Shown: positions 18,782-29,039, counted from the stretch's first letter. The stretch is 64,000 nt of DNA from a virus (IMGVR_UViG_3300048881_000780), one strand, 5' to 3'. Program-made: numbers and translations. Notes: a model not told the origin generated them from the sequence alone.

Positions 18782-19414
18782 ATGAATATTAAAACATTAA
18801 TTAAAGACATTTCTCTATTTAACTTCAATTACGATAAAAACACTCTAGATATAGATGCTTTTATGCATGAGGTATCAAATTTTTCTGACAAAATTAATCA
18901 TAAAGACCAGTTTGGAACTTGTTTGATGGGAACATTAAACCTAGGTCTATTAAAGTATATCCACTCTCTAGGTGGCGACATTAATGCTACGACAAATACC
19001 AAGGGAATGATTATGTCCCTATTAGGGCAGTCTTTTTATTGGGGAAAACCCGATATCAGTGAATATCTTCTAAAAAATGGGGCCTTATTAGAAAATTCTA
19101 ATGGCGACGGCAATGCTCTAACAGAGATGGCGGATACTATATGTCAAAATACTAAGTGCTTAGATGTTTTGAAGAAGTATAATGATCCTACCACTTGGAT
19201 AAACGAGAAGTATATGTTTTGTAGAGAAGAGCAGGACTTACTATCAATATCAATTAATTCTGGAAATTATATTGTATCACTCTGGTTATTAAGAAATGGA
19301 TTTAAAGTAAATAATCCTGCGTCAATTTTAAATAAACTTACAGGTTCTAGCTATCAATCTAATGAGTCTGGTTACGAAGATTTACTAAGTGAGCTTAAAT
19401 CCCTAAGTCACTAA
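18782..19414 (+). CDS. ankyrin-repeat protein
   Basis: LGGDINA, YLLKNGA, GNAL, LLRNG ankyrin-type motifs. Confidence 0.7.
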   Translation: MNIKTLIKDISLFNFNYDKNTLDIDAFMHEVSNFSDKINHKDQFGTCLMGTLNLGLLKYIHSLGGDINATTNTKGMIMSLLGQSFYWGKPDISEYLLKNGALLENSNGDGNALTEMADTICQNTKCLDVLKKYNDPTTWINEKYMFCREEQDLLSISINSGNYIVSLWLLRNGFKVNNPASILNKLTGSSYQSNESGYEDLLSELKSLSH

Positions 19415-20465
19415 AGTGATCTTTGTGTTTATCTAGGATATATAATTTTATGGCCATAAAAATATTGAGATCATCAATACTTTTAACTCTAATATGATCA
19501 TCCAATTCAGATAAATCCCCTACTGTTTCTTCAAATATTTCGCGGGGAAAGTTACATAGTTTAACAAAGTTTTCCTCGGCCTTACCAAAGTCAAATTCAT
19601 TTCCGTAAAAACAAGGACAATCTGGCGGGTCTATATTTTCGACTTCCTCATCTAGGTCATTCTTGTCAAATTGATAGAAGAATACGCCATTAATCTCTTG
19701 AGCTTTAAGGCTTTCTTTTATGTAACTAGTATACTCAGTAGAGAGCTCTCTCATTTTTTCACAAGCACTACGAAGACTCTCTCCTTTGTCTGAATTTCTC
19801 TCTAGATCCTCTTTTCTCTCCTCAAGTTCAGTTATTTCCTCATTTATCTCGTCTAATCTCTCTCTTACGTCTTCCTCCCCTCCGTAAGCGTCAATATTTG
19901 CATCAATATCATCGGATTCCTTTTCTAGCTCTTTTATCTCATCTTCAATATCTGAGATGGCCTCAGTTATTTTATCGATCTCCCTGTCAATATCTGGACA
20001 GGTATTGTGCGGGTAAGTTAATCCAAGTTTACTCGTTAGGGATTCAATTTGATAAATATCTTTAAATTCCTTAGTTTGTCTAAAAGGATTTTTCTCTATA
20101 ATATTGGCGACTAAATCCAGTATTTCAATATTTCTTATGTTAAGATCTAATAGAAAGTATTCACAAACTTCAGGGATGTCGTCGTGATTCATATTATTAG
20201 TGTCTAGTTTATTAGTAGCACATTCTATAAACTCTGAAGAAGAGATTCCTTCTTTCATTGCCTCATAGAGTTCTCTATTTAATTTGTGATCATCAATAAA
20301 ATCGTGAGAGATATAATCTTTTATCTCCTCGAAGATATCTTCTCCAAAGTAGTCTCTATTTTCATATAATTCACTAATTATATGGCCAAATAGCTTCATT
20401 GAGCACTTATCTAAAACTGTAATCATTGCTCCTAAGTGATTGGCCTTCTTTGTTAGATCTAGCAT
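19395..20465 (-). CDS. acidic coiled-coil hypothetical protein
   Basis: 356 aa; long E/D-rich heptads; AGGAG RBS. Confidence 0.7.
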   Translation of the reverse strand: MLDLTKKANHLGAMITVLDKCSMKLFGHIISELYENRDYFGEDIFEEIKDYISHDFIDDHKLNRELYEAMKEGISSSEFIECATNKLDTNNMNHDDIPEVCEYFLLDLNIRNIEILDLVANIIEKNPFRQTKEFKDIYQIESLTSKLGLTYPHNTCPDIDREIDKITEAISDIEDEIKELEKESDDIDANIDAYGGEEDVRERLDEINEEITELEERKEDLERNSDKGESLRSACEKMRELSTEYTSYIKESLKAQEINGVFFYQFDKNDLDEEVENIDPPDCPCFYGNEFDFGKAEENFVKLCNFPREIFEETVGDLSELDDHIRVKSIDDLNIFMAIKLYILDKHKDHFSDLGI

Positions 20466-20510
20466 TTTAACTCCTTGGATGTCTTATCGTAATTATATCT
20501 ATCTACATTA

Positions 20511-20539
20511 TTGACACAACTCGTTAACTATTGTACAAT
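20511..20539 (+). promoter_or_regulatory. sigma70 promoter with overlapping operator
   Basis: TTGACACAACTCGTTAA; TTGACA-N17-TACAAT. Confidence 0.75.
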
Positions 20540-20555
20540 AATTAAAGAGGTAATT

Positions 20556-20777
20556 ATGATCGACACTCAAAAAACTGTAAAAAATTTAAAAGAATATAAA
20601 GACTTACTTGAGATGGAGAAGTCTCAGTATAAAAATACTCTTGAACACCGAATAAGAGAAAGTCACGGTAATGGCCTAGATCCAATGATGAAAAAGCGTG
20701 AAACTCAAATTGAAGATATTGAAAACTGTATACTTTCAATATCTAATTTATATAGGAATTCAAATGGACAAATGTAA
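20556..20777 (+). CDS. hypothetical protein
   Basis: ATG after GAGGT. Confidence 0.6.
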   Translation: MIDTQKTVKNLKEYKDLLEMEKSQYKNTLEHRIRESHGNGLDPMMKKRETQIEDIENCILSISNLYRNSNGQM

Positions 20778-21489
20778 TCACACTATTGCCTTTGAATATG
20801 GAGAAGAGTATGGATCGTCCACGGGTAGTATTATTTCTCTATCCTATCTAGAAAGTGATCCAAATTATTTAAAAAATAATGTAAATAATATTCAAGAGTG
20901 CAACTTCTGTCCTCACTGTGGCGAAAAATTAGAAGCTCTAATTAAAAAGACTATTAAAAAGTCTAAATCTAGAATTAAAAAAGAAAAAGAAGAGAAGGAA
21001 AGAAAGCTGAAAGCTAAAAAAGAAGCGTTCGCTAAGAAAGTCTCTGATTTTTCTGAACGTCTAAAGTTTAACAAGTTAACTGAAGACGCTTCATACCATG
21101 TTATATTTTTTAACGACGGAAACAAAAGAATAACGATCGGACAACCAGATTTTTTAGCCAGGTCAATTATTAACGACTTTGAAATTAGAGGAAGAAAAGT
21201 TCCTGATCACTTTAAAGTCGACAAGATTATTAAGTGCCCGACCTTTGAAGTATTTCAAGAATCTTGTGAAAAAATGGGTTGGGAAAGAAAGAAAAGAGCA
21301 ATGGTTAAGAAGACCTCAAAGTACACAACAACTGAGCTTGAGTATCACTACAATGATGGAATAGTTTACGTTACTGAGATATACGAAGATAGTGATGGTG
21401 ACATTAATAAATCATACGATAGGGCCAGTGTTATTACTATCTGTCATGAATATTCGATTGATATAGATATTGAGGTAATTGACTTATAA
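20764..21489 (+). CDS. hypothetical protein with zinc ribbon
   Basis: CNH ... FCPHCG; coupled start MDKCNH. Confidence 0.65.
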   Translation: MDKCNHTIAFEYGEEYGSSTGSIISLSYLESDPNYLKNNVNNIQECNFCPHCGEKLEALIKKTIKKSKSRIKKEKEEKERKLKAKKEAFAKKVSDFSERLKFNKLTEDASYHVIFFNDGNKRITIGQPDFLARSIINDFEIRGRKVPDHFKVDKIIKCPTFEVFQESCEKMGWERKKRAMVKKTSKYTTTELEYHYNDGIVYVTEIYEDSDGDINKSYDRASVITICHEYSIDIDIEVIDL

Positions 21490-21571
21490 AAACGTTACTT
21501 TAACAATCTCCTAGAGACTTCCTTAACTCCAAATACAAGACAATCCTTTGCTTATTGATTTTGAAAGAAAT

Positions 21572-21620
21572 ATTTTATCCCCAAAATGGGATAAAATTAA
21601 GATATCCCAATAAGGGGATA
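21572..21620. promoter_or_regulatory. tandem TATCCC-N6-GGGATA operators
   Basis: Palindromes at 21576-21593 and 21603-21620 upstream of NTase operon 1. Confidence 0.6.
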
Positions 21621-21680
21621 AATCTCTATATAATTTAATAATATATATAATTTTTCTATACACCATGCTATAATATCTTT

Positions 21681-22223
21681 ATGAGAAAGGTAGTGTCGGG
21701 ATTGGCGTCCTTAAATAAATGGCTAAATACTAATAACTTAAAGATAGATCTTTTTATTATAGGTAGCTACGCTCTCCATCTACAAGGTGTACAAATAGAG
21801 AGGGAAACTGATATCGATCCAGTCAACGCCATAAATGATGAAGATATCGAAAATGAAATCCATAAAATATCACAAGAATTGGGTTATCAGTGGTTTGATC
21901 TAGGAGCGTCAAGTATTATCCTTCCGGATGGGTACGAAGATAGACTTGAACTAAAGGAAACTCTCACAAATATAAATATTTACACTCTAAGTTTAAAAGA
22001 CTTAACCATCCTTAAAGTCGCGGCCTACTTTCATCGAAAAGAACAGGGAATCATTAGAGACTTAGAAGACCTTATTCATATTGACCCATCAATGACAGAT
22101 GTAAATCAGGCCTTTGATTTTATTTTGGATAAGCATGGGGATAATCTCCCCGATCGATTCAAACAAAATCTAGCCGAAGACTTGGAGGAATTAAGAGATG
22201 AACTCTCTAACTACTTTAAATAA
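21681..22223 (+). CDS. DUF6036/AbiEii-like nucleotidyltransferase, copy 1
   Basis: IIGSYAL..RE-TDID; LK..A; RDLEDL. Confidence 0.75.
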   Translation: MRKVVSGLASLNKWLNTNNLKIDLFIIGSYALHLQGVQIERETDIDPVNAINDEDIENEIHKISQELGYQWFDLGASSIILPDGYEDRLELKETLTNINIYTLSLKDLTILKVAAYFHRKEQGIIRDLEDLIHIDPSMTDVNQAFDFILDKHGDNLPDRFKQNLAEDLEELRDELSNYFK

Positions 22224-22896
22224 CCAGGAGGATGTTGCTTGGCACTTAAGCTCCCTTGGAATGCTGATTTCTACAACTGTTGAGAGAGATAGAAATTATA
22301 TTGATTTAGAAATGTTTCTCATTAAGTCCACTAAGTTTCTGTTTAACGATCTTAGATTATCAAGATCTATGGAGTATTGGTGTTTGGCCTATGGGAGGTT
22401 TCTATCGTTTAAGAAACTAAACCAATATCTATCTAATATTGACTCCCGTCATTATGATAGCGCCGTACTGGGAGCACTCTTGTCGATAGCTGACTCAAAA
22501 TTTCCAGAAAAAGGAAAATTCTCTAAGCTGTCAAAATTTTGTTCTTCAAATGAAGTGCCTGTGAAGTTATCTAAATTATTTTCAAGTAAGAAGAAGTCTG
22601 ACCCAAGGTGGCTTAAGTATGGAGTCATTGCTCCCATATTTATTGCAAATGAGATAGAGAATAATCTCTGTTATAAATCATACCTAGTAAAAAATGTTCC
22701 TGAAATCTATTATAGAATAATTGGACTCCCAAGTGCTATCGCAGATATTAAGTCAATTCTAAGATTCAACAAAGAGATCTCTATATATAAGCTGGCGAAA
22801 ATGGCCAACTTAACTTATGCTACAGCATTTAATCACATGAAGAATTACGAACTAGTGGATATTAAACCTAATAATAAAGAGTTCATTAGAGTGTAG
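22198..22896 (+). CDS. NTase partner with C-terminal HTH, copy 1
   Basis: Overlaps NTase; SIYKLAKMANLTYATAF HTH; similar to 27632 and 50874. Confidence 0.65.
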   Translation: MNSLTTLNNQEDVAWHLSSLGMLISTTVERDRNYIDLEMFLIKSTKFLFNDLRLSRSMEYWCLAYGRFLSFKKLNQYLSNIDSRHYDSAVLGALLSIADSKFPEKGKFSKLSKFCSSNEVPVKLSKLFSSKKKSDPRWLKYGVIAPIFIANEIENNLCYKSYLVKNVPEIYYRIIGLPSAIADIKSILRFNKEISIYKLAKMANLTYATAFNHMKNYELVDIKPNNKEFIRV

Positions 22897-23169
22897 TTAT
22901 TTTAAACATCGTTATCTTTTAGACATTGTAAGTAGCTAGAAATTCGACAGATTAGTGGTTTAGACAGCATTCTATTCTACTGTATCTTTTGCAGTGCCTC
23001 AGTGTGAAAGATTTGGAGGCTGTGTGGACACACCCGCTTCCAATATAGAGGTTGTTGTTTCTATTATTTGGATTAGTTATATTGTAATCAAATTGATTCT
23101 AGATACAATAAAGGCAAAGAACTAAAAACGAGACTTAAGATATAATTGATTAAGTATTTCGAGAAGGTC

Positions 23170-23397
23170 CTAAAACTCTCCAGAATGTTTAATTTTAATT
23201 CTCTGGAGTACTTCATTTAAAGAAGAAATATTAGTAGATCCGCCATTTTTTACTTTTCCATTAGATTTAATCTTCTTCTTTATTCTAGTTTGATCAATGT
23301 GAAATAACTCTACCCCATCTCCCTCTTCCGCTGGTGTTGTGCTTGGGGAAATATAGCGCCCCTCTTTTAACCATTGCTTCTTAGTTTTAAGAGTCAT
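23170..23397 (-). CDS. small protein with ArdC-N/BHD-like motif
   Basis: TKKQWLKEGR ... LFHIDQT. Confidence 0.4.
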   Translation of the reverse strand: MTLKTKKQWLKEGRYISPSTTPAEEGDGVELFHIDQTRIKKKIKSNGKVKNGGSTNISSLNEVLQRIKIKHSGEF

Positions 23398-23728
23398 CTT
23401 GCTCTCCCGTGTAACTATATACTGGTTCTTTATTTACGTAAGAATACATTTCCTCTTTATTTAAAAAGATTTTCATAATAAGAGTGTTCTTTGACTTATT
23501 GACCATTGTATAGAAATTAGCGAAAGGTAGCTCTAGAACACCTAAATCCATTTCATTAAACTCGTACTCAAAGTGTAAGTTAGTATAATCGTCACCGCCA
23601 CTTTCATAGAATATGACATTATAAGCAAGGTATGGTAGATCTAAAACTAGAGTATAGACACTATCACTCTCTTTGTAGAGTTTGATATCTTTGATTTCCT
23701 TTCTTCCTTTTTTATAATTAAGCTTCAT
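23387..23728 (-). CDS. hypothetical protein
   Basis: 113 aa, coupled. Confidence 0.6.
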   Translation of the reverse strand: MKLNYKKGRKEIKDIKLYKESDSVYTLVLDLPYLAYNVIFYESGGDDYTNLHFEYEFNEMDLGVLELPFANFYTMVNKSKNTLIMKIFLNKEEMYSYVNKEPVYSYTGEQDDS

Positions 23729-24089
23729 TACAATTCACCTGTGATAGTAACTCTTTTAGTCTCTTGTATAATTTTGGGGCCTTTTTTTTGGTACGCTCTT
23801 CCTCGTACAATCCTTCTAATTCACTCCAATTTTCAATAAGGATACTCCACTTCTTACTTACGCTCTTTAAACAATTGATCTTTTCCTTTAGTTCAGGAAG
23901 ATGCTGATTTACTAGGCGATAACATCTTCCAAAATCAGATGGATCCACTGGATAAGGTTGGTACTCCACATCTTTTGTAGATGGAATATTTAAAATCTTT
24001 TTGATCATCACTTTTGACGAGGCCCCGGCCTCTCTGGAATCCATCCAAGCGATGGCCTTTTTAAGTGTAACTACTTCTGAATTTTGCAT
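23718..24089 (-). CDS. conserved phage-type hypothetical protein
   Basis: G.SSK ... YP.DPSDFGRC..L. Confidence 0.7.
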   Translation of the reverse strand: MQNSEVVTLKKAIAWMDSREAGASSKVMIKKILNIPSTKDVEYQPYPVDPSDFGRCYRLVNQHLPELKEKINCLKSVSKKWSILIENWSELEGLYEEERTKKKAPKLYKRLKELLSQVNCNEA

Positions 24090-24297
24090 AATATCTCCAA
24101 TTTACTTAATCACCTTTTTGATCTCTTCTCTAAAGAACTCGCAACGCTCTGGGATATACCCCAGAGTTTCACTGAGAGTCTTTTTTTAACTTCTCTATCT
24201 CTTGCTTTTGTTTGTAGATGATTTTGTCCTTTTCCTCACAAGAGTTATTAAGTCTTTGAATGTGTTCTTGCATATTGTAAGTCATTTAAAATCTCTC

Positions 24298-25110
24298 CTA
24301 GGCGCAAAGTGCCACTAAATCAGGCACTTGGGCTGTAGATGAAAACTCGAGGTACTCATCCATGTACTTTGGGTATTTAGCTCCCTTTACTTGCTTTAAT
24401 CTAAGAGTCTTTTTAAGATCTCTCTCTAAGTTGGCCATCTTCTTTCCAAGCTCTGGACGAAGTTTGGCCGCGTTCTTATGTTCAGAGATCCTGCCATTTA
24501 CACAGAATACACATGAGAGCCTAGAGAACCCAAGTGAGTAGACGTGATGAGGAGCTTGTCCAGCATTTTTAATCTCACTGAAGACTTCCTCAGTGTTATA
24601 TTCAAAGATTGGTAACCAATCATAGATTGTGTGAGTTGGGTGCTTTTTGGTCATATGCATCCCAGAAGTTCCCTTTCCCTTACTTAAAGTAAATGGTTCC
24701 TTTAACATTCTTCTTTTGGATTCATCAGCTCTCATTCCTGTGGCATTAATGGCCGTCTCTAAGTTGTTTTCATACATATAATTATGAATAAACTCTTTGA
24801 TTGGTTGAGTCTTTAAAAAATCTGTACAAAACTGGTGTTGACCACTAGGAAGTCTTCCGTATTTTCTTGCTAACTGAAAAAAGTCTAATTCCGCCTCTAC
24901 GACGTGAACAGGTAGACCAAAGCTATTTTCTTCGATCCATGGTTTCATCTCTTCCCACTCCATTTCCCCAAGATCAGCATGTACCAGAACAATTTTCTCT
25001 TTGAGCCCAAGTCTAACCAGCTTTGCTAGCATGGCCTGAGAATCTTTTCCACCAGAGTGTGAAACGAAAATTACATCTGCATTTGAAATTTCTTCATTAA
25101 GTTTTATCAT
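24298..25110 (-). CDS. PAPS-reductase-family protein, copy 1
   Basis: SHSGGKDS PP-loop, CT..LK..P, GMRADES..R, PI..Y, RLSCVFC. Confidence 0.85.
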   Translation of the reverse strand: MIKLNEEISNADVIFVSHSGGKDSQAMLAKLVRLGLKEKIVLVHADLGEMEWEEMKPWIEENSFGLPVHVVEAELDFFQLARKYGRLPSGQHQFCTDFLKTQPIKEFIHNYMYENNLETAINATGMRADESKRRMLKEPFTLSKGKGTSGMHMTKKHPTHTIYDWLPIFEYNTEEVFSEIKNAGQAPHHVYSLGFSRLSCVFCVNGRISEHKNAAKLRPELGKKMANLERDLKKTLRLKQVKGAKYPKYMDEYLEFSSTAQVPDLVALCA

Positions 25111-25129
25111 AAATCCCCCTTCCTTAACC

Positions 25130-25146
25130 CTAACACGTTGTGTCAT
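25130..25146 (-). promoter_or_regulatory. degenerate TTRAC-N7-GTTAA operator
   Basis: Minus strand ATGACACAACGTGTTAG. Confidence 0.45.
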
Positions 25147-25189
25147 AAAAATAAATAAGAATTTATAAATAAAAAACTTCTTTACAATA

Positions 25190-25206
25190 TTGACGCATCA
25201 TGTTAA
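25190..25206. promoter_or_regulatory. TTRAC-N7-GTTAA operator
   Basis: TTGACGCATCATGTTAA. Confidence 0.7.
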
Positions 25207-25237
25207 TATTTATGTACACAACACAGGGAGACTATAT

Positions 25238-25462
25238 ATGAAAAAGACATTAATCATTATTTCACTATTTCTTAATTGTAATAATATTATTGCTCAAGAA
25301 GTCGTATCAAATAACTGTAGCGTTATAACTGTTAAAAAGGTTCCATATAAAGAAGTTTTAAAAAGGAGAAAATTTATTCCATCGGAATATATTCAATTTG
25401 AAAATAGCCATCAAGAAGTAAATTACTTCGTCTTTGAGTCAAAGAATAAGCCACTATATTAA
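25238..25462 (+). CDS. small exported protein
   Basis: MKKTLIIISLFL signal-like; GGGAG RBS. Confidence 0.55.
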   Translation: MKKTLIIISLFLNCNNIIAQEVVSNNCSVITVKKVPYKEVLKRRKFIPSEYIQFENSHQEVNYFVFESKNKPLY

Positions 25463-25476
25463 TTTAGGAGAAGTTT

Positions 25477-25782
25477 ATGATTGTTGAATTATCAAATGCT
25501 GTTAAATCTATTTGTGAGAAAATTGAACACTTTATATCACCAATAAAAAGTTTTGGAACCTGTCATGCTGTATTTGTTGGCGATAGTTATTTTTTTGAAA
25601 CAATGAAGGTAGTCGATGGCCTTGGCAATTGCGGAAATATCTCATTAGATAATAAAGGACTATACGTCTACCGTGATAGCGATCAAATATCAATTAATGA
25701 AAAAAATGGAGATAGGGAATATCTAAGACCCCACGTACAAAAGCTTTATAAAGACTTTAAAGAGTCATCAAAGCTACATTAG
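25477..25782 (+). CDS. hypothetical protein
   Basis: AGGAG RBS. Confidence 0.6.
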   Translation: MIVELSNAVKSICEKIEHFISPIKSFGTCHAVFVGDSYFFETMKVVDGLGNCGNISLDNKGLYVYRDSDQISINEKNGDREYLRPHVQKLYKDFKESSKLH

Positions 25783-25791
25783 GATTATTTT

Positions 25792-26019
25792 GTGCAAAGA
25801 TCTAAAATATCTCTAGAAGATGCCATTGACCATTTCTTTACTAGCTCTGAGATCATTAAACTTCTAAGAGACTATCGTGATATTAGAGCTGGTAATGGCC
25901 CTCATACGTCACCTTTTTATCAACTGGTGACACATCTTGAGGAAGCTGGATTTGGTAATCAAAGTAGAAATTTAGCTGAGTCTCTTGTGATTGACTACGT
26001 ATTTAATAGATATATCTAG
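25792..26019 (+). CDS. hypothetical protein
   Basis: 75 aa. Confidence 0.55.
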   Translation: MQRSKISLEDAIDHFFTSSEIIKLLRDYRDIRAGNGPHTSPFYQLVTHLEEAGFGNQSRNLAESLVIDYVFNRYI

Positions 26020-26065
26020 AGATAATTTTTACGATAAGTAGTTTAAATATAGAATTGGAGAAATT

Positions 26066-27041
26066 ATGGGTTGGTGGTCAGAAGTTATTATAGGAGGAGA
26101 TCGTCCTCTAGATTGTAGAGCGATTCTATTAGAGAAAATGGGTGTTCCTCACTACGAAGAGAATTCATCAGATAAAGTTAAAAAGGCGCTAAATAGCAGT
26201 TTAGATTCTATTGATCATATGTGCTATGAACTTTTAGAGAGAGGGTATGATTCTATCTCTTACCAAGTGATTGGTGTTATGATTATGGAGTCAGGTGCCA
26301 ATTTTCCAGAAAGTTTAAAATCAAAAGTTATTAAAATGACGAAAATTGATGAATGGTATAGAGAAGGTGACGAGAAAAGAGTTTTCTTTATTGAAGAATT
26401 TATAAAACAAATTGAAGAGTATGACGGAACTGCTGTAGAAGTGGCCACAGAATCTCTTTATGAAGTCTTTTTAAAAAAGAGAACAGAAAAACAAGATGAA
26501 TTCATTCGCTCTCGCACTTACATTAATGGCGCTGAGTTTAAAGACTATAAAGCTGGATTAACTGACCCAGAAGTACTATTAGATGCCGATGATTTAATCG
26601 AGTTTCAAAAAATCAAGTAGGTTAAAGACGAATCCAGTATATGAAATCCCCGAGGGAATAAAAGAGATATTTGATGAAAGAGATGCCCTTTATAAAATAA
26701 TAGACTATAGCTTTGAGATGGATAATATTGAAGCTATGGACTGCTTCTTAAGTGAATCCCAAATCCATGAGTCTCATGTACTACTAAATGATGGTACTCA
26801 GGTCTCTCTATTTTTACCTGGGTATCGTTACTATATTGTCATAGATTCCAGTGGCCTTGGTGATACATTCTCTCATCAATTTGAAGTTACTCGCATTCCT
26901 CTAACTGGCTTAATAAAACAGGCCAGAGATAAGAATCAATCCATTGGAGCATCAAGCATCTCAAGTTCTCTAGAGCAAGAAATTGAGTCGCTTAGTGGTG
27001 ACCAAGTCAGAGAAATATTTAATTTTGTCTTCTTTAATTAA
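26066..27041 (+). pseudogene. hypothetical gene split by a +1 frameshift in an A6 run
   Basis: Frame of ORF 26718 is open back to about 26613 (SSRLKTNPVYEIPEG), adjoining ...FQK of ORF 26066. Confidence 0.5.
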
Positions 27042-27101
27042 CAACTTAGCTCTTTAGTTGTATTTTCTTACCATAATAGTATAATACTATAGAGGTAAAT
27101 A

Positions 27102-27629
27102 ATGGATATTAAAAGAGCTCTTGAAGCATTAGATTTTTACTTACTTAACGATGAGTCTAGTCAAAATTATCACTTAGTTATTGGTGGTGGCGCCGCCATG
27201 AATCTATTAAATATCTCTCATCGAGAAACGGAAGATATCGATGTCTTTACACCAAGAATCCTTGGATCTCTTAAGGAAGCAACTAAAGCTGTAGCAAGTA
27301 AATTATCAATTGAAGACGACTGGTTAAATAATGGCATCAACTTCTTTAAGGAAGCTCTTTTGCCAGGTTGGTCAGATAGGTTGGAAACTGTTTACACAGG
27401 TGAAAAAATTAAAGTATCCTCTGTATCTCGAATAGATTTAATTTCTCTTAAATTCATTTCTGAAATTCATCGTGAATCTGATATTATGGATATTAAAAAA
27501 CTGTGCCCCACTATTGAAGAGCTAACTCAAGTGGCCAATTATGTTAAAAAGTACCAATTACATTTAGTAAATGATCGAATATGGCACAAGGAAGTTGATC
27601 ATCTAGTTTCTAGAATCACCAAGGAATAG
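27102..27629 (+). CDS. DUF6036/AbiEii-like nucleotidyltransferase, copy 2
   Basis: IGGGAA..RETEDID; WLN; LPGW.DR; DLISLK; D..DI. Confidence 0.8.
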   Translation: MDIKRALEALDFYLLNDESSQNYHLVIGGGAAMNLLNISHRETEDIDVFTPRILGSLKEATKAVASKLSIEDDWLNNGINFFKEALLPGWSDRLETVYTGEKIKVSSVSRIDLISLKFISEIHRESDIMDIKKLCPTIEELTQVANYVKKYQLHLVNDRIWHKEVDHLVSRITKE

Positions 27630-27631
27630 TT

Positions 27632-28327
27632 GTGAACGAAAGATCTCTAGAAAAGAAGTGGCGAACACTTGGTATCTCTTATCGCTTTAGAGATGAAAGT
27701 AGTGATATTTTCTACTTACCTGAGGATATATTAATTGCTAGTTGTAATTATGATTCCATCAAAGAAAATAAAACTTTCATATCTCATCTACTTATGTGGG
27801 TTGCTGATTATAATAAGTTAATCCATGTGGATCTAATAAAGAAGAAATTCCAAAATCTAACTCCTCTTGGGGTAGTTATTTTATGGAGAGTAATAAAAGA
27901 AATTCAAGATCATGAGTTCGATTCTAGGTGGAATGTTATTTTAAAGATGTGTGAACAATCAATGAATGATAATGACTTATCTAACTTGTCTTTAAGTAGA
28001 GATTCTAAACGAGGTTTTAAAGGGGAAGATTCTCACTTATCAACTTTGGGAGTCTATTCAATACCTCTTACCCCTACTCATAAGAAGAAAATTTATAAGA
28101 GAGAGAGGGTTTTAGGGAGTAATATCTGGCTAAGAAATAGAGTCTTGTTTGGTACTAATTTAAGGGCAGATATCTTCACTATAATTGAAAATGAGATCTG
28201 CTCAAGTCCCTATCAGTGCTCTAAATATCTAGATATATCTCTTAAGACCGCCTACCAACACTGGAATAGCATTAAAGAATTTCAATCTCTAGAAATTAAT
28301 AAAGATTACGAAAATATCGAATTTTAA
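27632..28327 (+). CDS. NTase partner with C-terminal HTH, copy 2
   Basis: W..LG ... PE..L ... N.W...R...G...RAD; SPYQCSKYLDISLKTAY. Confidence 0.65.
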   Translation: MNERSLEKKWRTLGISYRFRDESSDIFYLPEDILIASCNYDSIKENKTFISHLLMWVADYNKLIHVDLIKKKFQNLTPLGVVILWRVIKEIQDHEFDSRWNVILKMCEQSMNDNDLSNLSLSRDSKRGFKGEDSHLSTLGVYSIPLTPTHKKKIYKRERVLGSNIWLRNRVLFGTNLRADIFTIIENEICSSPYQCSKYLDISLKTAYQHWNSIKEFQSLEINKDYENIEF

Positions 28328-28367
28328 ATGTTCATATATGTTGCATTAACCCCCGATATCTACGATA

Positions 28368-28486
28368 AATGATCATATATGATCATTAAATAATTTATAT
28401 CTTCAATATATTGTATATTAAATAACATCTATATCTTCAATATATTGTATATTAAATAACATCTGTATCTTCAATATATTGTATAT
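28368..28486. repeat. 20-bp perfect palindrome plus 34-bp tandem repeat x2.6
   Basis: AATGATCATATATGATCATT; TATCTTCAATATATTGTATATTAAATAACATCTR at 28398, 28432, 28466. Confidence 0.85.
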
Positions 28487-28511
28487 ATCCCCTCATTAAA
28501 TAACTTAAATA

Positions 28512-28540
28512 TTGACACATCATGTTAAAAAGATTAAGAT
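28512..28540 (+). promoter_or_regulatory. sigma70 promoter with overlapping operator
   Basis: TTGACACATCATGTTAA; TTGACA-N17-TAAGAT. Confidence 0.75.
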
Positions 28541-28562
28541 AGAGGTAACACCGGGGATAATT

Positions 28563-29039
28563 ATGACAGATTTACTAGATTCGATATATTTCTATTTAAC
28601 ACTAAGGGAGCAAGGTTCTGTTGTTCATGCTGTTGCGTTTGGGTTTCTCTTGACTGGAATAGGGGCCTCGATAATATCTTATAACCATGATTACGATGGG
28701 GTACATGGGAGAACTTTAACTTTCATCACGACTATACTTACTGGTTTAATTGTACTGACTCTAGTATCTGGACTTCACAAACCAGAGGCTCCTTATTGTC
28801 TAAGTAAAAAGATTGATCTTTTAAACAATATTGTTTCAAATGAGTCAAGAAATACGATCATAGATTTCTCTAAGTATTCAGCTGACTACCCTCACTATGA
28901 CCTAAAAACTAAAAAGTTCTCACGTCTAAATTATAAAAAGTTAGAGTTAGTAAAGTGTTCAGAAAGCGAGAAGTTTTTAATTGGTGAAATTTCTAGAAAA
29001 TTTGAGAGTTCTCATTTTTACGATGGGAAACCTATATGA
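28563..29039 (+). CDS. two-TM membrane protein, paralog of 12832..13230
   Basis: Shared CLSK/IDFSKY/YDLK/VKCS. Confidence 0.7.
   Translation: MTDLLDSIYFYLTLREQGSVVHAVAFGFLLTGIGASIISYNHDYDGVHGRTLTFITTILTGLIVLTLVSGLHKPEAPYCLSKKIDLLNNIVSNESRNTIIDFSKYSADYPHYDLKTKKFSRLNYKKLELVKCSESEKFLIGEISRKFESSHFYDGKPI

Noticed and set aside
22950-23160. ncRNA in the GC-richer gap after NTase operon 1
   Set aside because: Only weak hairpins; the minus strand reads like a broken small ORF, so a pseudogene remnant is as likely.
20511-28560. Shared MTHHV/MTQLV/MTQRV N-terminal peptide in ORFs 20511, 25146, 25190 and 28512
   Set aside because: Artefact of the ORF caller starting inside the TTGAC-N7-GTTAA operator; RBS-supported starts lie downstream.
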